Source: Spirogloea muscicola | Lineage: Eukaryota | Assembly: GCA_009602725.1 (NCBI GenBank) | Contig: WELB01000022.1 | Location: 308,715-372,714, forward strand | Reading direction: 5' to 3' | Length of the DNA stretch: 64,000 nt | Shown here: positions 24,668-37,874 of the stretch, one piece after another | Layout: each line of letters opens with the position of its first letter | How positions within the stretch are numbered: position 1 is the stretch's first letter | Notes under the pieces: generated by a model | Databases searched by the model: none | The model's input: the letters and a program-made list of their open reading frames with translations, nothing else | Told to the model about the DNA's origin: nothing | Position numbers and translations under genes: made by a program

Positions 24668-27600
24668 ATGGACGCGCCAGACGGCCAAGAGGATGGTGTC
24701 AAGGCGTCGGCTGGGGGGTCTGGCAGGGTCTGGCGCTGCGGGCGCGACGCTTGCTGCCAGCCGCGGGCATCCGTCCTGTGGCTCCGCGTTTCAGTCCTGG
24801 TGAGCCTGTCTGCCCCACTCCATGCACTCCTTACACATAATCCCTGGCTGCAGTAGCTTTGGGCGTCCGGACTCTCGTCCTGCCGCCACCCGCCCTGGCC
24901 GGTGTATGGTGGCACGGCATGCACACTCTCAGGGAGTCGGAAGATCGCGCTCAACAAGCAGAGCGTTGTTAAGCCCTGTGGATCGCCTCTTGGGATGTTG
25001 ACTGGCCACTAGGGCAAGGCGCCATTCGCATGTGGCCACAGCACTACGTGGACAACTGCCGAGTGTGATGCTGACCACTAGGGCTACATGCCAGAGGCGG
25101 GGTTCGTGACAGGTTGTTGACAAGGTCGCCAAGGGTGGGCGGAAGGTCGAGTTGCTGAAGGGCGACGTAGGGCAGCCCTTCTCAGGGCTGCTGTCATAGA
25201 GGCTCGAGCAGGCGGGGCAGAGCCCTACCTTGGGCTAGCACAGGAAGCGGGCCAAGGCGGCCAGGGCCAAGCATGGCCACTCCTGAGTAGAGGTCGTGGT
25301 ACAGGGCGGCCATCCGGGGTCTCTAGGAAGCTGCAATGCCATGATGGAAGGAGCCGTGGTGGACACTCGTAAAGTGCCACGTGGTGCTAACGACGGCCCG
25401 TTTCTTTTACATACTTGCAGGGTGCCCTCATTGTCCTCCTCGGAGTGCTAGCAGTGCTGGTGTGGCATTACACCTCGTCCATACACAGCTCCCTTACTGA
25501 GTCGGTTGGCCTGAGCTACCGGCAACAGCTCATCCAGCAGGCCAGCGAGCACATTGGGCTCGTGGTGCAGGTCAGTTCCGAGCACGGAGGGTGCTCAGCC
25601 ACAACAATACCCTGGCCCACAGCCTTGCCTTGTGACCTTGCATTGATGTGGCTTAGATCTGGTGACAGATTGCTGAGAGTCCAAAAGTCGAGTATCGAGT
25701 ACTGGATCGCAGTCAATTGTGCAGACACTGGTTGGTATGGAGATCATTAGAACCAAGTTCTTTCTGCCCTCCTTCGGCAACTGACGTGCAGTCCTGCGGC
25801 ATGCTGTTTGTGGTCGTCAGAGAAATTCGCAGCTGGTGATTGCCGAGGCTGGGCTCCTGGGATCTAGCCTTATTCGCGGAAGCTTGCTGTCCTTCTCAGT
25901 GCTTGCAAGCCAGGTGCACGTTGCTGCATGCTGCCCTTGTCCTTTCCACATTGCCCCCTGCCCTTTGCCTCCTTGCCTCATCGTCAAGAGCATTGCAAGG
26001 CCCTTATCTCCTTGGCACTAGCTAGAACAGCCCATCAAATACTCAAGCTGCACTTAATCTACTGCTTCTTTGGCATGCACTACTACCCAAGGACATGTTA
26101 ATATGGTCGGTGTTTGCTGGGAAGAAGCTGCCTCAGCAATCTGCACCCTTTCCTCCATGCTGCATCTTTGGCCACTCAGTCATACAAATGACTTGTGACA
26201 GGCTGACCCCTCAAGGCCTAGAGTGATGTATGAAGGTCTTCTGTCAATCAACTCATGCGTTCATACTTGCCCTGTCATTGTGCGGCAGGTGGAGATTCTT
26301 AACTGGAACTTCTTCAGCTCTGACCCTACCACAACAACCAATGGCTTCATTGGAAGGAGTGGGCTTCTGACCGGCTACCAGGGGCTGGCGCATGGTGCTG
26401 CACAGCTCTTCTTCTCGAATGTCACGCATGACCCCGGCGGCGACTTTGGGGGATACATATCGCCGGCTCCAAGTCAGGGGCCACTTGGGGGGCCTTCGGC
26501 CAGCCCCGTAGAGCTATCTGCACCAGCTTCTAGCTCTGGATTACCGCTCACAAGCGCTGACGAGTCTCAGGCCAAAGCTCCGCAGCCAGCATCCCCTCCA
26601 CAGCCGAGCTACCCGCCCGGCACCGACTACCAGTACTACACTGTGGATGTGAACAATGCTACTGGCGCTCAGGAAGGCCAGCCAAAGGTCAACTACACGC
26701 TTGACTACCGGGAGCTCAACGCGTACTCCTATGTCATCGAAGCTGACAAGGGCGAAGCTGTTCATGATGTGCTCTTCAACATCTATCTTGGAGTTCCTGA
26801 GCTGGCCTCCCTGTCCCCTGTGTACGATGTCACTGGGACTTATGTTGGGGCTACTCTTACTGGCTCCAGCCTTCAGGAGCTCACGGATTCCTTTGACCAG
26901 CTCAATTTTGGCGATGGGGGCCGCCTGTACCTCATCACTGATGGCAACCTCCTAGCAGCAGCTTCAGGAGGTGTGCATGGCGGATGGTCGAATGCTGAGC
27001 TCTGGCAGGAGTGGTTGTACGGGTTTCCGACCAATGCAGAAAATGCAAGCGACCCAGTGCTGGCGGGAGCTGTGAACTTGCTATTCAATATCTCACTCGT
27101 CAAACCCAGCCAGGACATCCACCTCAAGGATGTTCTCCTGGGAGGGCGCTTGTGCTACATTGACTCCACCTACCTCACCTTTGGCAACCTGAAGATGGTG
27201 AGGACTTTGCCCGATGTGAGATGTGGAAAGAAATTGCGTCGTTGCAACCAATGTCAATTGTGCTTTTGCCGTCACCTGAGGATGGACAGCAGCCTGCACC
27301 TTGGCAAGCACTCATCGTTTGACCTGTTCTTAACCACAGTACGCAGTCCTGGTGATGCCTCGGGAGTTCATTTTCCCTCACACAGTGGGCAAACATCAAG
27401 CCTTCATCTTCCTGCTTGCAACATTGATCGCTGCCTTCATTGTGGCTGGCTGTTTTGTCATTCTACTCCTCTCTGTGCGCATACGTGCTGAGAGAAGATT
27501 GAAGGTACATGATCATTGTGATTCCGATGAGCTTAGTCTGGAGTGCCCATATATCATGCAAAGACAATCTGACATGCCGTACGGTACATGCATGACTGCC

Positions 27601-30600
27601 GTTGATGCTTGTGGTACTCAACATGGTACCAGCACTGAGCACAACTCCTAGTCGGAGTTGGTAATTTATGCCTTACACTCTCTCACATCGCCAATTTGCA
27701 CAGGCAAAGTCCGCAGAGCAGGTTGCAAAAGCAGAGAAAGCTGAGATCTTGAATCAGACCAAGGTGAGGTCACATCCTGGACTGTCATTGTTTAGCATGA
27801 CCTCAGCAACTGTTGAGGAGCTGCTACTTGTGCCCAATGTAGTGATAACTGCCTCACACTGCAGAGCATACCACATGCTACTATGCAGATACGAAACACA
27901 GGGAGATCAGTGCTACCTGTGAACTTGCTGTTCAATCTGACCTCATGACTTTTCGTTCTTCAGAGTACCTTCTTGGCCAGCATGAGTCATGAGCTTCGCA
28001 CTCCCATGGCTGCCATTTTGGGCTTGCTAGACCTCGTACTCTTTGAAGACCTCCAACCAGAGGTGAAGACCAGGGTTGAGCAGATCAAAGCCGCATCCTC
28101 TGCCCTCCTGTCGCTCCTCAACGGCATCCTTGACCTCAGCAAGGTATGTGTTCCAAGTCGGACAAATCTTGCAAAGGATTGGCTTCCTTCCTAAGACTTA
28201 ACAAGCTCACGTCATTGTTGCCGTTTAGCTGGTGTTCGCTGCATCCATGCTGGTCACCAAGCACTGCTTTGGACATTCCTGCTCACGGCTTCTTGTGCAG
28301 GTAGAAGCTGGGAAAATGGTGCTGGAGACTGCGGAGTTTGATATTCGTCAGGAACTTGAGACCTTGGTCGACATCTTCTCAGTGCAGGTCAGTGCTGAGG
28401 TGGTGTCAGCAATGATCTGGGAAATGGCGCATCTGATTGTCAACCTTGCAGGCTCGGATGTGAAAGTAGCATGGGATGTCCCTGACCTGCTGTGCTTCGA
28501 TGCCCATGCTTGTCTGCGCTCAGGCTTTCAGCAAGGGCACAGAAATCGTGCTGGACTTTCCTAGCGACATGGACAGGATGGTCGTTGGCGATGCTCCCAA
28601 GATCCGACAGATCATAAGCAACCTTCTGTCCAACGCGGTCAAGTTCACCTTGGATGGTTACATTATTATGCGCTGCTGGGAGGAGTCTGTTCCCGTGAAC
28701 GCTGGCAGCCTACAGCCTGCAGCAGTGCCAGCCAGCCGAGGGAAGGCTCACAAGAAAGCAAACGACTCGGGCACTGTGCATCAGGAACTTGTGAACATTG
28801 ACCTGGAGTTGGGGCTTGAGCAGGACCTTGAGAAGCCGGGCAAGGGGCCGCTCCTTGCCGCCATGCGACCAGTCATGCTGGTGTTTGAGCTGGACGACTC
28901 GGGTATTGGCGTTCCCAAGGAGAAGCGGGCGCTCATCTTCGAGAGCTTTGCGCAGGCGGACCTCAAGCACCAGCATGTTGGCACGGGCCTGGGGCTGGCA
29001 ATTGTCAAATCGCTGGTGCAGATGATGGGGGGAGGCATCAATATCCTCGACAAAGGCGACGGCCTGCAAGGAACGCTGTTCCGCTTCAACATTATGCTTG
29101 CGCGGCCCGTCCAGGGTGCCATGCGCACTCTGGCAGCACCGCACTCGGAGAGGTTGTGGCAGCCGTCCAGGGATGAGAGAGCTCTACGCGGAGGCCATGT
29201 GTCGCTCCTTGTCAAGAACAAGCCTTGCTCACAGGTAGCATCCAGGTGGTTGCAGCGCCGAGGGCTCCATGTCACAGAGATGCCCGACCTGAAAGCGTTG
29301 CTTGCAAGCCGCGGAGCTTGGGGAGCAGCTGCAGCGGCTACCGGAGATGATGCCGGCATCACTCAAGAGCACCAGCAACGAGAGCTGCCTTCCACCTCAG
29401 CTGCCGAGCCAGGGGTTTTGGATCTACTTATTGTGGACACGGCAGCCATCCCGCTGTCCTCCAGCACCGGGGGCACCAGCGGAAGCATGGCATCTTCAAG
29501 TCCTTCCCCGGCAGCCTCCTCATCCTCCACTACAGCCAGCTCCACTGATAGAGGTAGCCAAGTGGCCAGCATGCCGCAGCTCCTCAGGCTGCTCCGGGCC
29601 CAGTTTGTTGGGGGCACGTTGCCAAGCCGCCGCCCTGCTGTCATCTGGCTGGTGGCAGCCAACACCCCAGCCAGCTGGCGAGAGCTGCTGCGGCGCACAG
29701 GCTGTGGGGCTATCGTGTGCAAGCCACTGCATCCTTCTCGGATGGAGCAGCTGCTGAGCATAGCGCTCGCTCAGCATGACTTGCTGAACCCCACAACAGC
29801 CTCAAGCTCTGGGCAATCGTTGCCTGCTGCACAAGTTGAGGAGGAGATCTCGCTTGCAGCTTCAGCGGCGGAGCTGCCCCCACAGGCTGTAAGCCAGTCT
29901 GGTGAAGGTGGAGGCGAGACAGGGACAACAAGAGCAGAGCCTCGGCAGGAGGAGCGGCACCTGTCCAGCAGCGCTCCTGCGCAGGAGCCCAGGGGGAAGA
30001 GGGGGGGCTTCTCCACGGCGACTGCCTCAGCTGTATACCAGCCTCCGTCCGATGAGGTGAAGATGAGGGGGGCCTCCTTCAGGCCCCTCGACAGCAGCTC
30101 AGAGAACAGGAGAAATAGTTTGGACAGCTCCGTAGGTGTGGGTGCCATGCGGCCTAGCTTGGAGAAGCTTGCAGTGAGCAGCCCAGATGTTGGGACGCCG
30201 ACTGACAGCCCCCATCGTCCCACCGAGACGCCGACTTGGGCCGTGGACCCCTTCCCACATTCGCTTCCAGAGATGAGCAGCAGCTCTGGCAGAGGGGAGG
30301 GTGGCTTGCAACGGCAGCTGTCAGACGTCTCTATTCTCAGGGCGTCCACCGATGCAGGCAACCGGTTGGTTGGCACTACCAGGCTACAGTCGAAGGAGAG
30401 CAGCACCTTGACGGGGGTGCGCCTTCTGCTGGCGGAGGACGTCCCTGTGCTGAAGCGCCTGGCCATTATGCTGCTCGAAAAGCTTGGTGCCAGGGTGGTT
30501 GCTGTGACAAACGGCCAGGAAGCGGTGGATGCTGTGAGGGCCAGCGTGAAGCAGGAGGAGACTTCTCAGACGTCAAGCGAGCAGACAAGCGATGCTTCCT

Positions 30601-31122
30601 TGGCGGCTTCAGCACAGGCTGAGTCGTCTGGCAAGCAGCACGCCTTCGACTTGGTGCTCATGGACTGCCAGGTATGCATCTGCAGATACAGTCCAACGAT
30701 CCTTATCTACCCAAGTGCTGCTCCGTGAAGTGACATGGGTGTTCAGAAAACAATCACCAGGACTTGTTCAATTTAGGGCCTGCAGGCGATGCCTGTGAGT
30801 GCTACTCCATCCAGTAATGCATGCTGCTATTACTTGAGATACTGAGTTGATGTGCATATATCATGTTGGAGGTGATCTGACACAGTGTGGGGTCTGTGGT
30901 ATCAAACAGATGCCTGTCATGGATGGCTATGCGGCCACGGAGGAGATTCGGAGACTGGAGAGGGGGCATCACACACCCATCGTTGCTCTGACTGCCAATG
31001 CCATGACAAACGACGAGAAAAAGTGTCTGGAGGCTGGCATGGATGCTTTCCTTACCAAACCAATAAACGCAGAGCTCCTCGTCGCTACTGTGCTACGCTT
31101 AGTACGTCCAGGCCAATCTTGA
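24668..31122 (+). CDS. Hybrid sensor histidine kinase, AHK1/CKI1 clade (2 TM, extracellular sensor, HisKA, HATPase, receiver)
   Basis: Exon 1 24668-24799 (GTGAG donor) joins GALIVLLGVLAVLVWHYT; H-box ASMSHELRTPMAA, N-box QIISNLLSNAVKFT, DDSGIG, GTGLGL; receiver LLAED..LMDCQMPVMDGY..LTKP. Internal exons between 25570 and 26289 are uncertain. Confidence 0.93.
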
Positions 31123-31966
31123 TGGTTACGTCTGATAGTGGCTCCTCAATAGGAGTAGCACTCCATTGTAGTTTGAGCACTAAGTAAGGTGCACATCTTG
31201 TCCTCCCAGGGATCAGTAGACAGCCAAGCAGCAGCAGTCGAGGCCGCATCCAGCTCCAATTTTTTGATTCAAGCACTTCCGCTAAATAAGCTCAACTTTA
31301 CCCAGTGTGTACTTGAGCACTTCATAAGATAAGCTAGTTACACTTGACTAGTCTTTGCAAAGCGCCTGGGGTGGTGCAAGATATTGAGGAGCCTCCATCA
31401 GATTGTTAACAGCTTTTCTCATCAGCTTGCATTTGTGGGCTTACCATAGGGGTGCAACGTGTATGGATGGGCTGAAGGCTGGTAAGGTCTGCTGAGCATC
31501 AGACAGTCATCAGTCGTGAACTTTTCATAGATTGTCATACATCAACTTGCAGATAGCATCATCAAAGGGTCTCGCAACGATTATCATACATGATCTCTTC
31601 CTCTTAATTTCACAACCAACAGTCTACTTGAAAATCAGGTCTACAAGCCAAGATTGACATCAAATTATCGGCATCATCTTTGAGGTCATCAGTGAGAGCT
31701 GTTTTAGGAGAAAGCCTTCGCCCAGCCTCACTGCTGATTCTGGCTTGGCTGGAGCTTGCCTTCTCTGTGCACTTGAGGCACGACAGCAGAGCGTCGCTAT
31801 TTACATTCAATCGTTCAGGCTACTGCAAGAGCAACCGTTCGCCAAGCAGGCCAGAGCTTTTGTACATGAAGGCAGCGACGCTCACTACGTTTTTTCGTCT
31901 TCATCTTTGCAGCTAGGTATGTCTCTTTCAAGGGGAATCAGGAGCTGGTTTCACCACGTCACGGGC

Positions 31967-33934
31967 TCACACGATGACGGGACGTCGCAATACGACGAGC
32001 GCCAGTACAAGGATGGTGAGGATGAAGCAGGTCCTTAGAGTGCTCTCCACCACGCCGCCACTGGCCTTCTCACCAAAGAGCTTCTTGTCCACAAAGCCAA
32101 AGATGCTGGAGACCAGATCCCCAAGGCCTTCCCACATGTGGTTGACAACATTGTTGAATTGGTGCAGCAAGTGCCCCAGGACGTTGTCTGGAGTACTTTT
32201 GCCATCTGATGACGGAGTACTTCCAGCAGCCCGTGCGAACGAAGGTGGCCAAACGCCTGCATCACCTTGTTTATGGTCTGTTACACTCATGCTGCTCTTC
32301 GTAACTTGCACTTCCAGCAGGCAACATCATGTAGATCTAGCAGGGTCTCTGTAATGCGAATCTTAATCAATATATCAGTCAGAGATCAGTCCTTGATTGG
32401 CAGGACAGCCAACCTGTAAAGAGCTTCACTCCCCAACTGCTCAAGCTTGCAGCCAGACATAGACAAGCATGCAAAGGTAGTCGCTGTAGTGACTGACCTT
32501 CAGGAGGAGGAGGTAGCAGAGACGCTCGGCGCCTGATAAGTGCCTGCACTTTCTCATTGTGGCGAAAGGCCTTCCAGACCTGTGGGTCTGTGGCTAGCGA
32601 CATCACTGCCTCCTGCGAGTGTCACCAGATGCAAAAATAAGGCTAATGAATGCTCAGCAGTATGGTCATGTATCCAAATCTAAAACAAAATCACCAGAAG
32701 AGGTGTTGCTTGCACATGAAAGGTCTCAAATAATCACCCCTTCTTGTACACGCGGAGTTTCATAGCAGTCTACGAGGCAGTTTGTCCTACCCTCATGTCA
32801 GGGTCTCGCTGCAGCAGCTCTACTGCTTGGTGGACAAAGTTGCTGCCTGGCCCTCCCATGAAGGAGCGCTGCAAGCGGTCTCCTGCCTGGGCACTGCAGA
32901 GGCCTCTGAAAGCGTCACTGTGCTGCTCGGGCATGCTATGTTGTGACAGTGACAGAGTCACCAGGTCTGCAGCCGCCACGCTAGCACCTGGCTCCAGCAC
33001 CGTTGAGAGGGGCTTTGAAACATCATCTTCATCCTGGAGAACTGAACCTTCCCTGCAAGCGGAGGCCCACAGGTCATCTCAGCGCTTGACATGAAGGGTC
33101 AATCAATTGCTCGGCCAGGCCCAATTCTGCCTTCGTCCTGGCAGACAGTCTATGTTTCACCACACCGGCTCGAGCTCGCCAGGAGCAGAACTACTCGGGA
33201 ACCTGAGCAATGAGGCCGCGCGTTCAGTCTAGCAAGGCCACCACAGCCCAAGGGAAGAGGCATTCTCGTGCTAGGCATGTAGGAGGATTCTTTCAAGTGT
33301 GCAGGAGAGACGGGGATAGTGCAGTCTGCGGTTGGGGTCATGGGGGGCCGCTTGGTGGCAGGCTCTGTCTTACCCCAGGAGGCTGATGCGGAGGTTCTCA
33401 GTCGCCTGCTCGGCCTCCTCCCGCGACGGCACGTCGCCCAGGATGGCTGCAGTCAGCTCCTCATTGTACTCGTCCAGCAGGTCCCACTCGTCCTCGTGCA
33501 CCGCGACGGCCGCCGGCGCCGAGGAGCAGGCATTGGCAGTGGTGGCCCCGGAGGCCGGGGGCCCCTTGCCATTGGTCACGAGGCGGGCCTGCGCGCCGCC
33601 ACGGGCCATCAACGCGCGTTAGCGGCAGCAGAAGCCGTGGTGCCTCCCGTGGCAGAGGCGCGCAAGGCTTCTTCTCGTCAACCACCGCCGATTGGAGTTC
33701 GACAGCTGCCAGGGATTGGCCCTGGCCCTGGCCGGGCGGGGCCCATGCACGACCACGCCAGGCCCGCCCGCGACGCCCGCCGCGGAGCGCCACGGCCTGG
33801 CCGCACAAGGCTAGCCGTCGAGGACCGACTCGGCCGTCGGCGCACTGACAGAGACGTGTGCTCGGGGGCGGCGAGCGCACCTGCGCGGGCAGCGGCCGCA
33901 GGGCGTCGGCGAGTGGGGAGGCGGGCGCGACGGC
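31967..33934 (-). CDS. Plant conserved unknown protein, UCP022280-like, with C-terminal TM (5' end probably in gap)
   Basis: LGDVPSREEAEQA, VHQAVELLQRDP..EAVMSLATDPQVWKAFRHNEKV and terminal CFILTILVLALVVLRR; family assigned from recall. Confidence 0.7.
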
Positions 33935-34361
33935 NNNNNNNNNNNNNNNNNNNNNNNNNNNNNNNNNNNNNNNNNNNNNNNNNNNNNNNNNNNNNNNNNN
34001 NNNNNNNNNNNNNNNNNNNNNNNNNNNNNNNNNNNNNNNNNNNNNNNNNNNNNNNNNNNNNNNNNNNNNNNNNNNNNNNNNNNNNNNNNNNNNNNNNNNN
34101 NNNNNNNNNNNNNNNNNNNNNNNNNNNNNNNNNNNNNNNNNNNNNNNNNNNNNNNNNNNNNNNNNNNNNNNNNNNNNNNNNNNNNNNNNNNNNNNNNNNN
34201 NNNNNNNNNNNNNNNNNNNNNNNNNNNNNNNNNNNNNNNNNNNNNNNNNNNNNNNNNNNNNNNNNNNNNNNNNNNNNNNNNNNNNNNNNNNNNNNNNNNN
34301 NNNNNNNNNNNNNNNNNNNNNNNNNNNNNNNNNNNNNNNNNNNNNNNNNNNNNNNNNNNNN

Positions 34362-34485
<124 letters not shown>

Positions 34486-34542
34486 NNNNNNNNNNNNNNN
34501 NNNNNNNNNNNNNNNNNNNNNNNNNNNNNNNNNNNNNNNNNN

Positions 34543-37009
34543 TGGCGGCGCCTGCTGGCGGGCGGCGCTGGCGGAGCTGGCGGCGTCGTGCCGCGCGGTG
34601 CTGGCGGACGAGGCCCTCAAGTCGCGCCTGGCGCTGCAGCTCGCCAACTGCTTCCTGGCGGCGTCGGGGCGGCGCCGCCACACCTGCCGCCCCGGCGCGC
34701 CCGTCAAGCAGTGCGTGGCGCAGCTGGACAACCACGGCCACGCCATCTTCCTGGCCTTCTTCATCGACGCCGCCAGCATGTGCCACCACCTCCAGTGCGC
34801 GCGCCTCCCCAGCCACGGCCTCCGCCCTCTCCCCTGCCGTCGCGTCGACGACGCCCAGCTGCTCAGGGCTTCCAGATCTCTTTGAGCTGCCATTGTCTGG
34901 TCCTTGGTCCTCCGGCAGGCTCGCAGTGGCAGCACGCCCACCACTGATGTGTCCAGCTCTCGGTTGTGCGGCCCACGGTGGCAGGAGCGAGATCTTCAAG
35001 GAGGAGACGGAGCAGGCGGTGAATGGCCTGAAGAGCGCCGCGCACGTCCTGGGCAGCGAGCTCGCCCATCTCGCCGACCAATCGCAGCTGGTGCACGAGA
35101 CAGTGGGCCAGTCCCTGCGCTCGCAGCAGCTGCTGCAGCAGCAGCAGCGCGAGCTCCAGGACAGCCTAGACGTTGGCTTTGCGGACGTCCAGCACGCCTC
35201 TGCGGCAGCGCTGGCTGAGCTCGACAGCATCGCCCTGCAGCAAGAGCGGCTCGATGCCGGCCTGCAGAGACTGGCCGACGACACGGGGTCGTCGCTGGCC
35301 AGCGCCGCCGAGCTGGCCCGGCAGCATCACGGCGAGCTCCTGAGCTGGCACGCCACCGTCGACCAGGCCCAGAAGCTTCTCGCGGAAGGCTCAGCTGCCA
35401 TGCTCCATGCTCAGGTACATCTCAAACCCCTGTACCAGAATGTCACAAGGTTTGAAACACGGGACTATATTAAGAAGAAGAAGTTGTGCACTGACTTCGA
35501 AGAGCTACTCGCTCAGCACCAAGGCATCGAGGTCAGTCTGGGCTTAGCCACTGTAGTCTGCTGACATGCCTATAGTGCCTGCTGCCTAGTGACACACTCG
35601 TCTGTCCTGCTTGGGCGTATCAGGACGACTTCATGGACAAGCAGGCGACGCTCTTCATGGCCCTGGACCGTCTCTTCTCTTTACACCGTTCACTGCTATC
35701 AGAGTCGCACGTACTCTGGAGTCTCATACTGTATCCTGCAGCTGCCTGTGTCATCTACTTGCTCACCTCATCAAGGTCCACACACAGAGCTCGCTTCCCA
35801 CTGCTCTCATGTACGTACTCGTCCAGGACCCGAGTATGTCACTAGGTGATTGATACAAGGAATGATCAATATGAGTTGCATACGTCAATCTTCGGGAGGC
35901 TTGCTCACTATGTGGACGTCCTTCGGGCCTAGGCCTGTTCCAGTCGCTTTCAGGAAGCTTGCCCACCAGAAGGACCTCAGTCTAACATGGGCCTACGTAC
36001 GCTGCAGGTCATGCTGGCAGCCACGGTTGTTAACGCCTGCTTGTAAATATGTGCGCAGTGCTCCTGGGTAGTTGTGCCACAGAGTGGTGGCTACTGACGA
36101 GGTGCAGCACCGGCTGTCAGCTGTGGGGCATCGGTGTCACTCATACCGGCATCCCCCAACTCCGGACTTTGGTGCTACTTTTTACGGCATCCTACCTACT
36201 TGTGTGCTTCTTGTCGTTCAGGTGCCTTGCTTGACCAGCGAAGACAGCACTTCAACTCCCATGCTTACAAGCACACACTTCGCACCTCCTCGTCATCTGC
36301 ATCCAGTGCGCGTGTCCTTCCCTGGAAGTCCACCATGACACTGTTAACCTTCCGTGGGGATTATTATGCTGGCAGGGACTATGCGAGCCTGAGCTATAAG
36401 ATGCTGAAAGAGCAGCAGAGAGTCCTTGTGAAGCTGACACAGCAACTGGATGCCACGGGGATGCACGTGCCAGGCACACCCTTGGCTGGTAATGTCATGG
36501 GTGCAAGCAGCACGCCTGCTGAGCAGACCCTGATATCAGGGACCCAAATGAAGAAGCGCAAGTGCCAATCCTGGCGGGCTTCATCAAGTCCCCTGTCTTT
36601 TCCTTGTGAACTGGAAGGTGCAGCGCCTACTCTTTGAGTCACTGTCACAAACTTGGTGTCTGGTGCTCTGGTGACCAAAAATAAACATGCAGGATGTACT
36701 GACAACATCCCTCGCATTGCTGCAGAGTTGCGGACAGTGCAGGGAGAAATCTGCAGCAGTGGAGAGACTGGTAGGCGATTATGGTGGTCGTATGTGGAAG
36801 CTAGTCAGCAGTCTGTGGACTGTGAAGAGGATGCAGACTATGTTCCACCTAGCTGGTGGAGGAGTGGTGTCGCAAGCTCCTATACACTCAGACCCAGGGC
36901 TCGGTCACGTCCACGACCCATGGCTGCCAGCGCAGCCATGCTTGCGTGGGAGACTGTTGATAAATTCATGCAGCTGGTGCATGTCAATGTGAGTAACGTG
37001 ATCCTTTGA
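34543..37009 (+). CDS. GEX1: GAMETE EXPRESSED 1 (GEX1/KAR5/Brambleberry nuclear-fusion protein), 5' partial
   Basis: Cys-rich domain CW..L..SC..RLALQLANCF..SGR..C..C..LD..FF..CHHLQ, coiled coil SEIFKEETEQAVNGL, three hydrophobic segments (YLLTS..T..AR), RDY after the last TM, and C-terminal DADY and YTLRPR. Confidence 0.9.
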
Positions 37010-37874
37010 GCTTGGTGTTTGTAGAGCACCTGTCGCAGCTATTTCTGCAGCAACTCAATGAAGCAGCCCTTCAGTCTGCAAATTCGGTGCCAAAAATCGA
37101 TGCTGCTGCCTGATGAGCTACTTCCATATGTTGGTGTGCAGCAAGTACAAGTACAAGTACAAGAACCTTAGTTTCAAGGAAGCTGGTCATCGATACCAGG
37201 ATGTATTGTACCAATATTTGACCCTTTGCTACCACAGGTTGTGATTAGTTTTCAAATGACCAATTCTGCACCATGTGACTCAATATTGGCAGAAGGATGA
37301 TGGAGTTCCATACTCCTGTGTAGAGGCTTACATACGCCCAATCTCTTTCCTTAACCAGTGCATCATGCCTGTCATTTGCCCTGGTACCACCTGGCCTGGT
37401 CACCGCAGCGTTTATCACAAGAATGGCAGGAGGCCCTCAACTACGGAGCGCACAAAGGTATTGCTCCTGGAGTTCCAGTCTGTTGCACTAGCTGGCCCAT
37501 CATGCAGCAGACGCTGTGGCGCGAAGCGTGAAGGCGCCCGTCGCCTCGAAGGACGGCACCAACACGACGATGATGCGGGAAGGGTCGAGCTGTGGGTCGG
37601 CATTGGTCAGTCCGCTTCTGCTATCGCTAACGATGGCGGCCGCACCGGCAACGGCACCAGTCCGAGAGAAAGTGCGGCGCTTGCCTGCAACCGCTATGGC
37701 AGCTAATAGAAGCGAAGCAGGCCGTGGGTAGGAGCCGTCATCTGGGCCGAGGTTTGGGGTTCTGCTCCAACTAGGGTTGTGGGGACCGAGGGTGAACCGC
37801 CGCCGCCGCCGACGCCGCCGCCGCCTCTGGCGCGGGCGGCGCCGCAGCTGCCGGCGCCGGGTGGGGGGCAAGCC

